From Barthelona sp. PAP020 (taxonomy: Eukaryota), in contig JARQWU010000038.1 of NCBI GenBank assembly GCA_040182905.1, forward strand, positions 1 through 54,525: DNA of 54,525 nt. The letters run 5' to 3'. Under the pieces are notes generated by a model. It saw nothing but the letters and a program-made list of their open reading frames with translations, was not told where the DNA came from and did not search any database. This document shows, piece after piece, positions 32,181 to 42,377 of this stretch (position 1 is its first letter; the number at the start of each line of letters is the position of its first letter). Made by a program: the position numbers and the translations under genes.

Positions 32181-34734
32181 ATGAATACACGTGATATTAA
32201 ATTCATATTAAAAGTATAATATTTCACATATATGGGAAAAAAGAATTACTAACCAACAAAAGTCATTTATCACAAGTTGTGTTCCGAACATTCCAAATTT
32301 ATCATTAGATAACAAGTATGATATTTTGGACAATAAAAATTCTATTAAATGTTTTAGAAAAGATGTTGAGAAGTATTTTTGTTTAATTTGTAGAACAGGA
32401 AAATCGATTTTAAAACGCCACACATTTGATTCCACCATAACGTTAGCTGTTCTTGAGCCTGGTGATATTGTATTTTGTTCTATTGATGAATCTTTTGAGA
32501 ATGATCTCTTTTGGGAAAGTCAAAATATTCAAAATCAATCGAACGATATACATGATGTACTATCTTTTTATGGAATAAAGAAAGATGAAATTACTTTTAC
32601 CCCTGAGTTGGAATTTTTGCGGAGAATTTCAAGTAATGAAGGTAATTCAGACATTCCAATTGAATTTCAAACGTTGTTAATATTAGAACCTGTAAAATAT
32701 TTTGTTCAATCTGATGCCAACATTTTGGAAGCCAAGATAAATCATATTCTATCGATTACCTCAAATAAAGATGAAAATGACGAAAATGACGAAAAAGATA
32801 ATGGACACAGTGAATCTATTGTTAACTGGGGACAATTAGATGTGGAAAAGATAAAGGATATGTTACGAATATGTAATGTTCATAAATCTCTCATTGGAGA
32901 CCAAATTTTGAACATTTTTTTTCAATTGCAATTTTCAAATGATTGTCCATTAATTCAAGAGATGGGTCGTGTTATAGCGATATCCTTCTTTCTTGAACTT
33001 ATGACTGATGACATGGATGATGATATTAGTAACGATTTTACCAATTCTGATGTATACAAGATAAATAGTGGTTTTATTGCGGACGACAACTGTATTGATC
33101 AGTCAAGGCAAGAAATGAATTATCCAGTTGATGAAGTTGTTGAAGATGTCTCATTGTCATTACCTTCTTTTGTTTGTTTGGATAAAACTAAAGAAATGAA
33201 TAACTTTGGGGCTGGATTTGTGTCATTTTGTTCAACTGATGATGATCTGTTGAATAATGCGCAATTTGATTCTGATATGGAATCAAGTGATAACGCTGGG
33301 AGTTTAAATCTTTTGGGTTCAGCACTAACACGTTCTATTGTATGTGATCCAAGTGTCAAAATTGAAAATAATAACAATAATCGGAGCAATAATGAAAAGC
33401 TTGTTCATAAGGGTTCTTCAGGTCGTTTATCGAAGTTTCTTCCCAATATATCGATAGAGTTAGTTGATATTGCTGCAGTAAATAGTTCTTCAGTGACATC
33501 ATCTTGTGAGTCTTTTTCATCATCACCTACTTCATCTTTAGATTCGCCTAAAGCTGTCTTTTCACCACTTTCACCGTTTAACGTATTGTATGATGATATT
33601 GTCAAAAAGTTATCTGCTGATAATTCTGTTGATAAGGATGTAAATTGTAGAATTGAATTTTTAGATGAAAATGAGATACAAACATTTAAATTAATCTTAA
33701 GAGATGTGAATTTTGAATATTATTCTTTTGATTGTACGCGTATTACAAGCAAGAATCAATTATTTGCTATGCTATGGATTTTGTTATACAATTTAGATCT
33801 TGTTCAACATTTTAAGCTTGACAGTTTTCATTTTTATACATTCTGTGACATCATGTTTAGCTCATATAACAATAATCCTTATCATAATTTTTATCATGCT
33901 TGTGATGTCACCTACATCTTATATTATTGGTTAAAGACTACCTTTTTGAAATCAATAATATCAAAGCATGAACAATTGGCAATCCTTTTAGCAGCAATTG
34001 GTCATGATGCTGGACATCCAGGATTATCAACACCTTATGCAAAATTTGCAAAATTTCCTGCTACAATTAAGTTTCAAGAATCTCCTTTAGAAGCTTATTC
34101 TTTAGAATTAACAATAAGTGCTTTGAAACAATCACAAATATTAAAACATTTTCATGAACATAATATTATTAGAATAGAAGGTTTATTGAAAGATTTAATT
34201 TTAATTACAGATATGTCGCATCATTTTCCATTTTTGCGAGAATGTAGATTAAATTTACCAAAAAAAATGGATTTGATATTCAATTCCATTGATAAGAGAT
34301 TGATTTTTTTGAAGTTACTTTTGAAATCAGCAGATATTTCAAATCCTACTAGACCATTTGATCTGGCTGTGAGTTGGTCAAATCGATTATGTCAAGAAGT
34401 TCATCTAATGCAAACATCCTATGTAGATAATATTTTACCTGTAACTGATTTCTCTAAAAAAGGTATTTACACAAGTCAAGTCTCCTTTATCAATATTATT
34501 CTGTCCCCCATGTACACAATTTTCGTTAAATCTTGCCAAGATTTTGCCTATACCGTCAATTCTTTAAGATCTAATAGAGTTAGGTATGAAAAGGTACTCA
34601 ATAAAGATTTAAAGCTTGAAACAAATAAAGAACAATGGTGTTTAATAGAAGATGACTCTTTGTCTCAAGATAATTCTGATTTGGATATGCTTTCGGCCAA
34701 TAACATTTCTTCTGGTTCTTTTTTAATTGAATGA
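32181..34734 (+). CDS. Class I cyclic nucleotide phosphodiesterase, 2 exons: 32181-32213 and 32263-34734
   Basis: YHNFYHACDV, AAIGHDAGHPG, TDMSHH, KSADISNPTRP, SQVSFI; ATG recovered by splicing. Confidence 0.88.
32214..32262 (+). other. Spliceosomal intron, 49 nt
   Basis: GTATAA...TACTAAC CAACAAAAG; phase 0, joins ATG 32181 in frame. Confidence 0.8.
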
Positions 34735-35186
34735 ATAAATGCTTTCATTTTATTTTATTTTTCAACCTTCAATAATTAATGAAAAGGTTGATTGGCTATC
34801 AATTAGGTTTTTGTTTTTATGAACCACCATAACTTTTCATTAAATGTTAATAAATTGTGGTTTAGAGTGATATTGATAAGGATTTTGTGTTTAAAAGGGC
34901 TAATCTGAGATTATGATCGTTGAATATGAAATTCCCAAGAGAAATTTATTTAAAATGTGCTAAACTGTTTGTTTTGGTGATATTTAAATGCTTTATAATT
35001 ATTAATTCGATAACTTTAAGTAGATTTGAAGCCTTCTTTTTGATTTCACCCAATGAACTTTCATGTCGCACATAAAAACAAAAAGATAATCAAAAAGTTT
35101 ATTCTTGTTAAATGTTATGCATAAATAACATTAAAAAAAGTGTGTCTGTTAAAAATTTAAGAGCAGACTGAAAATGCAAAGACTAA

Positions 35187-35774
35187 TTAAAAGAAAGATT
35201 TGTTTTTACACTGTTCTTTCATTTGCTGACACAATTCTTTAGCACTATTTGGATCCAATTTATTTGTGCATGTGCTCATTTGATTGTGAAGTAGAATAAT
35301 CAATTCAAACAAGCTATCTTGAGTTAAAATACATTCTGCTCTTAAGACAGAAACAATGGCTATATTTGTAAGACTAAAAGCTAAAAAATAAGTTGATTTT
35401 ATTAAAGTTAAAGCAGAAGTGGTTAATTTAGTAATTAGCTCAATCAACTGATCACAAAGTAAAGAATATTCAATAATCTTTGAGATATATTCATTTAATA
35501 ATTCATCATTAATGGTCGAATCAAAATCTTTAGTCGCCTCTTTTAAATTATTAATCAAATTTTGAGGGGAAAATGTGATTATTTTTTGTGATAATTGATA
35601 ACATCTTCTCGCTAATCGATATATTTGTAAATTACGAAATTGTGCATGATTCTTTTTCAATAATTTCGATAATATTTTTGTTTCTTCAATAAATTTAACA
35701 GATATTTGTATTTTTTGTGCCATATGTTCTAATCGTCTTAAAAAATGTGTTGTTTGAACCAAAGTAAAAGGCAT
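35187..35774 (-). CDS. Rmp1/NEPRO-like protein (possible RNase MRP subunit)
   Basis: ILSKLLKKNHAQFR and YFLAFSLTNIAIVSVL resemble the Rmp1/NEPRO N-terminal domain pattern. Confidence 0.45.
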   Translation of the reverse strand: MPFTLVQTTHFLRRLEHMAQKIQISVKFIEETKILSKLLKKNHAQFRNLQIYRLARRCYQLSQKIITFSPQNLINNLKEATKDFDSTINDELLNEYISKIIEYSLLCDQLIELITKLTTSALTLIKSTYFLAFSLTNIAIVSVLRAECILTQDSLFELIILLHNQMSTCTNKLDPNSAKELCQQMKEQCKNKSFF

Positions 35775-35874
35775 ATTATCAAGAATCGTGATTAAAAGAA
35801 TTAGACTGTAATTTTTTTATTTTTTTTAATACTTAAATATTGTATTATATTATTTCAAATTCATTTGTTAATGT

Positions 35875-38334
35875 ATGAATGCAAGAACGCTAAATTTAAA
35901 AGATTTTTCAAGAGTTACACCTTTGGAAGATTTGATATATGAGATTACAAAAGCTATTCAATCATTAGATATTGATTATAATAGTTGTTTCGAAACGAAT
36001 TTTCGTAGATCGGTTGATTTTTCTTTTGGTGGTATTGAATTTCGCATTTTATTTTTAACAAATATTCTATCTGACAGGAAAAGTTTAAACAATTTTAATC
36101 TTGATTCTTTTAATGAATTGAATCTAATTCAATCTTATTCTTTCAAGAAAGAAAGAATATTTTCATTATCCAATCATCCTGCTTTGAATTGGTTCGATAT
36201 ATCGTGTTTATTTGTTGTTGGATATAAAGAAAATTTACCTTTTCGAATTCAATCCATTGATGATGAAAAAACGAGGGTTTTACTTGATTCGGCAATTTCT
36301 TGTTCTTTAACTGAGCAACAATTGTTTATTCCATATGTTATTCCCATAAAAAGATCTGTTTGGTCATACATTTTAGAAGGTGGCAATTTTTATGGAAAGA
36401 TTAACACCATTTTGAAAGCTCATATCTATTCCAAGTTTAATACGGATGTTGACAAATTGGAACCCTTTATGACATTGAGCAATTTATGGAAATGGTGTCG
36501 AAAGAGAGATGTTTTTGATAGAAAACCAGGGTATGAAAGTTGTTCTTTATCTTTTTATCTCGATGCTGAATCACCGAAATCACGGACATCAGAGAAAAAA
36601 CCATTGTTTGCAAGGGACATGAGACAATTTTTTGAGGAAAAAAAAGTCCTTGATTGTGGTATTCCTCTAACAACGTCTGCCATCAAAGAATGTGTATTAA
36701 TGTGTCATTTTGAAGAGGCTTATGAAGCTACTTACATTGATACCACTTTCAAGACTGATTTTTTGAAGGAAAATTCTTCCAAGATCTTTTTGACTTTTTC
36801 TTCAAATGAGCTTAATTTGAGATTGTCTAATCGGTTGAAACGATTGTATAATTCATGTGTAACATGTGCGGATTCTTTTCAATTTCAAGATAATTTAGGC
36901 TTTGGTCAAGAAGATTTGTTCTACTATGAGTTTTTCCAGCAATTGTTTCATTCTGCTGGTCGATATGAAGATTTTCAGTTTCATGATTTGCAATATAATT
37001 TGAAAGCTGCTGATCCGGGAGGTTTGTTTGCACCATTAGTTTTATTGGTTTTATCTGCTGGACATTCTGCTGAGCGAATTTGGGCTTTATGGCAAAGATT
37101 TGTGTTCGAATTAGATCAATTATGTGATACTGACATTGAATTTTTACCTCGTTGTTCAGGAAAAGCCCCTGAAATAAGAACTGGTTTGCCGCAACAATTG
37201 GTAGATCTGTTGAATAAATGTTTGGAAGCCACAACAATCAATACAAATATTCTAAACAGAATCCCCGATGATAATTCAGAGGCTTTATCACCTTCTTCTT
37301 CCCAATACCAATATTCTCAGTCACATTTTCAAAATCGAAGCCAAAGTAGTCAAAGTCACAGCAGTCAAAGTCACAGCAGTCAAAGTCACAGTAGCCAAAG
37401 TCACAGCAGCCAAAATCACAGCAGCCAAAGTTTTAGCCCCAATCAAACTGTTCTTCGAAGGATGCCTTCCAAAGGATCATTGCCTGGATCAACTGGTAGT
37501 CTTATTGAAGATGAAATGGGTTTATTTGTTGATAATTCTGAGGATATCTTTGGTATTTCGTTAATTATACCTGAAACACAGCCACCACCACCTATAACCG
37601 AAATCACTGACAACGATTGGTATGTTGACACTCAACAAAAGCTGTTAGCGAATGATATGGCTGCATTTAAACATGCAAACCCTAATTGTGAATTTAAGCA
37701 TTTTGTGCTATGGCATAGCCCAGCAGACATCATTAATGGTGAGTTAAGTAGTCGAATGGAACGAAAGAAAGGGAATGTCTGGCTTGATCTTTGGGAAAAT
37801 ACACAGCCTTTGGAGAAAGATAAACAAGATTCGATTTGGAGTGCCAAACAAATGAAAGAAATTGCACTTGAAAAGCTGTATTCTCTGAATTGTACAGAAG
37901 TCTTTGATTTTCTCATGCGTTCCAGTGTTATATTGGCTTTGGAAATTCTTCAATCACACATGCCTGATGAATTCATGGACCAATTCAATCAATTGGTTCA
38001 TTTTATTGCTTTACAGAAAATATCATCAAGTCATAATAATGTTATGATAGAGATCATTGAAAAAATAGCAGAATTGGAAAAATACAGTTCAATCTGTCAT
38101 TGTTTGCCTCAAAATTTACCATTGACAGATGTTGAAGTTAGATCTTTGATTGAAAACAGGAGGATAGATCTTTCTCACAAGAAGAAAGCTATTATGAATC
38201 TCTTACGACATAAAGATTTTGATTTTAAGGAGCTTTCTGTTAAAGGTTGGAAAAATAATTTGCCTGCCCAAGTTTATGTAATGCAGCATTTTGATCAATT
38301 GACGTTGGCAATAACTAGTTTGGATAAAATGTGA
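35875..38334 (+). CDS. RAB3GAP1: Rab3 GTPase-activating protein catalytic subunit
   Basis: LLANDMAAFKHANPNCEFKHFVLWHSPAD, GELSSRM, NVWLDLW. Confidence 0.88.
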   Translation: MNARTLNLKDFSRVTPLEDLIYEITKAIQSLDIDYNSCFETNFRRSVDFSFGGIEFRILFLTNILSDRKSLNNFNLDSFNELNLIQSYSFKKERIFSLSNHPALNWFDISCLFVVGYKENLPFRIQSIDDEKTRVLLDSAISCSLTEQQLFIPYVIPIKRSVWSYILEGGNFYGKINTILKAHIYSKFNTDVDKLEPFMTLSNLWKWCRKRDVFDRKPGYESCSLSFYLDAESPKSRTSEKKPLFARDMRQFFEEKKVLDCGIPLTTSAIKECVLMCHFEEAYEATYIDTTFKTDFLKENSSKIFLTFSSNELNLRLSNRLKRLYNSCVTCADSFQFQDNLGFGQEDLFYYEFFQQLFHSAGRYEDFQFHDLQYNLKAADPGGLFAPLVLLVLSAGHSAERIWALWQRFVFELDQLCDTDIEFLPRCSGKAPEIRTGLPQQLVDLLNKCLEATTINTNILNRIPDDNSEALSPSSSQYQYSQSHFQNRSQSSQSHSSQSHSSQSHSSQSHSSQNHSSQSFSPNQTVLRRMPSKGSLPGSTGSLIEDEMGLFVDNSEDIFGISLIIPETQPPPPITEITDNDWYVDTQQKLLANDMAAFKHANPNCEFKHFVLWHSPADIINGELSSRMERKKGNVWLDLWENTQPLEKDKQDSIWSAKQMKEIALEKLYSLNCTEVFDFLMRSSVILALEILQSHMPDEFMDQFNQLVHFIALQKISSSHNNVMIEIIEKIAELEKYSSICHCLPQNLPLTDVEVRSLIENRRIDLSHKKKAIMNLLRHKDFDFKELSVKGWKNNLPAQVYVMQHFDQLTLAITSLDKM
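37348..37431 (+). repeat. Coding 15-bp tandem repeat (AGTCAAAGTCACAGC, about 5.5 copies) encoding SQSHS
   Basis: Directly visible tandem array inside Rab3GAP1. Confidence 0.9.
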
Positions 38335-38531
38335 TTGTTAAAGACAAATAAATAATAGTAAAGCCTTCTTTTTTGAATTACAGAGATTGACATTATTCCA
38401 AAGGTGAATTTTTCTTTATTGATCCCAAATTTTGATGGTTTAGCTTGCATATCTCTCTTTTGAAAGAATACTTGGGTTGATTTGAAAATAAAAATCAATT
38501 TTTTCCCTGATATTCTTTTTTTTTGATTTTG

Positions 38532-40865
38532 ATGATAGATCCTCTTCAAAAGTTTCACAATAATCTATTAAAATCTGCAAATAATAATTTTATTGATTTT
38601 AAAGAGGTTTTGGAAGGAATTGAATTTTCAACAATTTTTATTGCACTTTCTGAGCTTGAAATTCCTTTTCTTGATGTTGCACTTAAGCTTGCATCGAATT
38701 TTATTGCTAGTAATTCCTCAAATGAAGAAGCTTTGGTGTTATTTTTTAGAATATTATGGTTGACCACGACTTTTGAAGATTTATTGCAACAACAAGCTGC
38801 TTTAGCTAATAATGCATCATTCAAACAATGTATGGAACAATTTTTCAAAAATTGTGACAAAGCATCTGAATTGATAGGAAAGACTTTTGGTAGGACTTTC
38901 ATTGGAAAATTTGTTTATGGGCACAGTGATTTAGAGAAAATCACTAAATTACATCATAAATTTGACAGTATCAATGGTGATTTAAACGTTATGCTATCCA
39001 CTTATTCTATTTTAGCAGTACCTGATATTATTACTGATAAAATTGCTGTTCATCTGAGCCAAATGAATCAAAAACTAATGGAAGAGATGAGAAGAAATCA
39101 TTTAAAGTTGGAAGCAAATCATAAAGAACTAGCTGGAACTCTAAAATTAATTCTTTCCAAGTTTAATTCGCTTGAACATAAAAATGAAGTGAGTAATGTT
39201 GTTAATATGATGGCCGAAACTGAAAAAAATTTGACCAACAATATCAACGTTCCTATGATTGATTTTGAGAGAATTAAGATTGAATCAGAGCTTGGTCGGG
39301 GTGGATTTGCAACCATTTTAAAAGGAAAGTACAAACGTAGTGATGTTGCCATTAAAATACCTTACGATGCGACAGAAGAAGAAGTTAGAAGTGAATGTAT
39401 TGCTGTATCTTTTGTTCATCGTTTTATTTGCAAGGTTTATGGTATGACACAAAAAGACGGTCAATGGGGCATAGTTATGGAATATTGTCCCACTTCTTTG
39501 AATAAAATTATGCAAAACATGACGGTTAGTGAGAAAATACAAGGTATGATGCAACTGGCCGATGCACTTGATTATTGTCATAAACAAGGGATTATACATA
39601 GAGATATCACTCCTAAGAATGTATTAATCAGAGAAGATGGAACTGTTGCATTGTGTGATTTTGGGCTTGTACGCAGTTTAGAAAGAACCGGTGCACTTTC
39701 AACTTTTGGAACTGTACATTATATGCCACCTGAAATTTTTACTGAAGAAAACCCTATTGCACATCCTGGAATTGATTCATGGTCTTTTGGTGTTGCTTTC
39801 TTTGAGATAATGAGTGGTCATGCACCTTTTGAAAATACACCCAATCGAATGATTAACTTGAAGTTAGCGAATGGTTTGGTACCTTTTGATGAGATTGAAT
39901 GGGTTTTTGGGTATGAATTCATCTCAAAGTGCTTTGATTCAAATCCCGATAATAGACCAATGTTTTCTGAAATCGTTGACTATCTTGAGTCCTTACTTGA
40001 TCTGATAGATGCTGGGAATGAAGACAATAACAATGTTAGACATGAAATTCATGTTTCAAATGAATCTGTTTACCAAAACGTGGAAAAGGTTCAAGCCCTT
40101 CAAAATGTTCAGCAATCATTCAACTCATGGGAATTTTATGATATGGAGAATGTTGTGGTTCCAAGTTCCTTCAACATTGACAAAATTGATCAAAATGGAC
40201 GTCCAAAGTTGTTTTTTGATGCAATCTCCAGTGGAAATCTTGCTGTTGTAAAGCAATGTATTAAAGCTGGTGTTAACGTTAACAAACAAGATAACGATGG
40301 TCGCACTTCTCTTTTTATCGCTGTAAACAATCAGCACATTGGTATCATTCAGTTTTTATTGGATTTTGGCGCAAATATTAACAAAACCATGCACAATGGT
40401 TTTTCTGTGTTGTACAACAGTTGTGCTATGGGTAATATGGGGATGGTTGAATTGTTATTAAACCGTGGATCTAATGTCAATCAATATGGTGATGGAGGAT
40501 TCACACCACTGTATATTGCTGCGGCTAAAGGTCATGCAAATGTTGTTGAGTTGTTGTTACACAGAGGAGCTGATACTAATTTGAGCAGCATTGATGGTTA
40601 TTCTCCATTGTATATTGCTTCGTCACTTGGGTTTATTGATGTTGTTCAAACTCTTTTAAAATATGGAGCGAATGTTAATCAATGCAGTGTAAAGGGGATT
40701 TCTGTTCTTTATGCTGCTTCTGCTAAAGGGCATTATGATGTAGTTCAACTTCTTTTGAATCATGGGGCTGATGTTTACGTGAATAGAAAGTATAGTCCTC
40801 GAGATGCGGCTAGAGTAAAGGGACATTCCAATATTGAATCATTGTTACAGCCTTTTTATAAATAG
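38532..40865 (+). CDS. TKL-type protein kinase with N-terminal helical (MLKL-N-like) domain and about 6 C-terminal ankyrin repeats
   Basis: LGRGGFA, VAIK, HRDITPKN, DFG, GTVHYMPPE; repeats of G.TPLY.AA..GH..VV.LLL..GA. Confidence 0.9.
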   Translation: MIDPLQKFHNNLLKSANNNFIDFKEVLEGIEFSTIFIALSELEIPFLDVALKLASNFIASNSSNEEALVLFFRILWLTTTFEDLLQQQAALANNASFKQCMEQFFKNCDKASELIGKTFGRTFIGKFVYGHSDLEKITKLHHKFDSINGDLNVMLSTYSILAVPDIITDKIAVHLSQMNQKLMEEMRRNHLKLEANHKELAGTLKLILSKFNSLEHKNEVSNVVNMMAETEKNLTNNINVPMIDFERIKIESELGRGGFATILKGKYKRSDVAIKIPYDATEEEVRSECIAVSFVHRFICKVYGMTQKDGQWGIVMEYCPTSLNKIMQNMTVSEKIQGMMQLADALDYCHKQGIIHRDITPKNVLIREDGTVALCDFGLVRSLERTGALSTFGTVHYMPPEIFTEENPIAHPGIDSWSFGVAFFEIMSGHAPFENTPNRMINLKLANGLVPFDEIEWVFGYEFISKCFDSNPDNRPMFSEIVDYLESLLDLIDAGNEDNNNVRHEIHVSNESVYQNVEKVQALQNVQQSFNSWEFYDMENVVVPSSFNIDKIDQNGRPKLFFDAISSGNLAVVKQCIKAGVNVNKQDNDGRTSLFIAVNNQHIGIIQFLLDFGANINKTMHNGFSVLYNSCAMGNMGMVELLLNRGSNVNQYGDGGFTPLYIAAAKGHANVVELLLHRGADTNLSSIDGYSPLYIASSLGFIDVVQTLLKYGANVNQCSVKGISVLYAASAKGHYDVVQLLLNHGADVYVNRKYSPRDAARVKGHSNIESLLQPFYK

Positions 40866-41078
40866 ATTGTTAATTGATAAATTTTTTCTTTTATATATCT
40901 GATTCTTCTTTTTAATGTTGTTTGAAATGGATAAAATATCTTTAAAGCTTTCTTTGTTGGATAAAACAAGAAATATTAATGAAAGCATGGTGTTTTCATT
41001 TTGAAAATTGTTTTTTTTTGTTTAAAGATACAAATTGAAAAGTAGTATTCTTATTTACTATTATTGATTATTATTATT

Positions 41079-42230
41079 ATGAATAATCGAGATTTAATTG
41101 AAAATAAGTATGTTGTTACTTGTTTTAATGGGAGGTTTAAAGGTAGGGTTAATATGAAGGATATTAAGATTACACTCGACGATAAATTCTTTTGTAAGGG
41201 ATATCCTGTTGTAATTTTGAATAAATCTCAATGGGAACAGTTTTTGGGAAATAATTTGAGAGTTGATGAGGTTGATAAAATTTATAATGCACCACCACTT
41301 GCTGAATTTGTTGAATGGTTCAAATTTAGATTGAGCATTCCATCTAATCGTTCAACAACACTTTTTTCGACATCAAAAAATTATGAGAAAAAAAAAGAAC
41401 CTTTGTTGCAAAATGAAAAAGACAATGAGTCAGATTTAATGATTATTGATTTGGATGATCATAAACCTGATGTTGAAATTCCAAATGAAAAAAAAATAAA
41501 CATATTCGATTATAACCTAATCAAGGCTCGAAATTCCGGGGATGTGGAAGAATTCATAAAATCGCTAAGAGATGAAGGTTTTGAAAGGTATCGCACATTA
41601 AATTATCAGAATAACTTTGAAATTAGACCTTGTCATTCTACTCATGTACTATTAAGTTTAGGAGGTGAATTTTCAGATGGAAAGGATAGAATTTTTGGAA
41701 AAAACAAGCCTCTTTTTGATTTCGTTGCTTCTGGTGGTTGATGATGAATATGGTGGTGACAGATTATCATCCTCAATTTGATTTGCGGACTATTGATACC
41801 ACTATGTGAGAAATACGTTTTGTAGAGGTTGGAAGGTAGATCTCTTGTTCAAAAGCTTTTGTGCAAAATGAAATTGATTGAACTGAAAGTTTTCGTCTGG
41901 GAGTTGTGGATTATTGTTGTAAATATTTCTCTTTTTTTATGAATGGTTTGAAACTAGTGGAGAAATCCGCTGAAAGGAAAAGACCCAGTAGAATTTACTT
42001 TTAGAGAAGGACTTTGATAGTTTTTGGAAATATACGATAATATTTGACATGCTATTGTTATTTAACTTTTGGAGAGTGTTTATATTCCAACAGTTAGAAT
42101 TTTTTCTGGACCTTTTGCAATTTGAAAAAGAAGAAAGACAAAATTTATTGGCAAGGAATGCGTCTATATTTACTTCACAGAAAGTCAAATTTCTTGAGAC
42201 GCTTCAGAAATGACAGTAAATAGAGCTTCA
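41079..42230 (+). pseudogene. Hypothetical protein (41079-41741) followed by a frame-broken coding-like continuation
   Basis: 220-codon ORF; protein-like frames continue past the stop with several stops and frameshifts. Confidence 0.4.
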
Positions 42231-42377
42231 TGAATGATTGATCCTTTTTAATTTTTTTGAAAAGCATTTGAATGTTGAGATAAATTGATTCAGCTGTTTG
42301 AATTTTCTGCAAAAAGGTCTATTGTTGAGTAAAGAGCAACCAAAATCTCTTTAAATGGTACGAACATTCCAAATTTT

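Noticed and set aside
37348..37431. Regular repeat array considered as CRISPR-like
   Set aside because: Head-to-tail 15-bp units without spacers, in frame within Rab3GAP1; an ordinary coding minisatellite
41730..41760. Possible stop-codon reassignment suggested by TGA-rich broken frames
   Set aside because: TAA, TAG and TGA each end intact genes and no conserved domain contains an in-frame stop; the broken frames also need frameshifts
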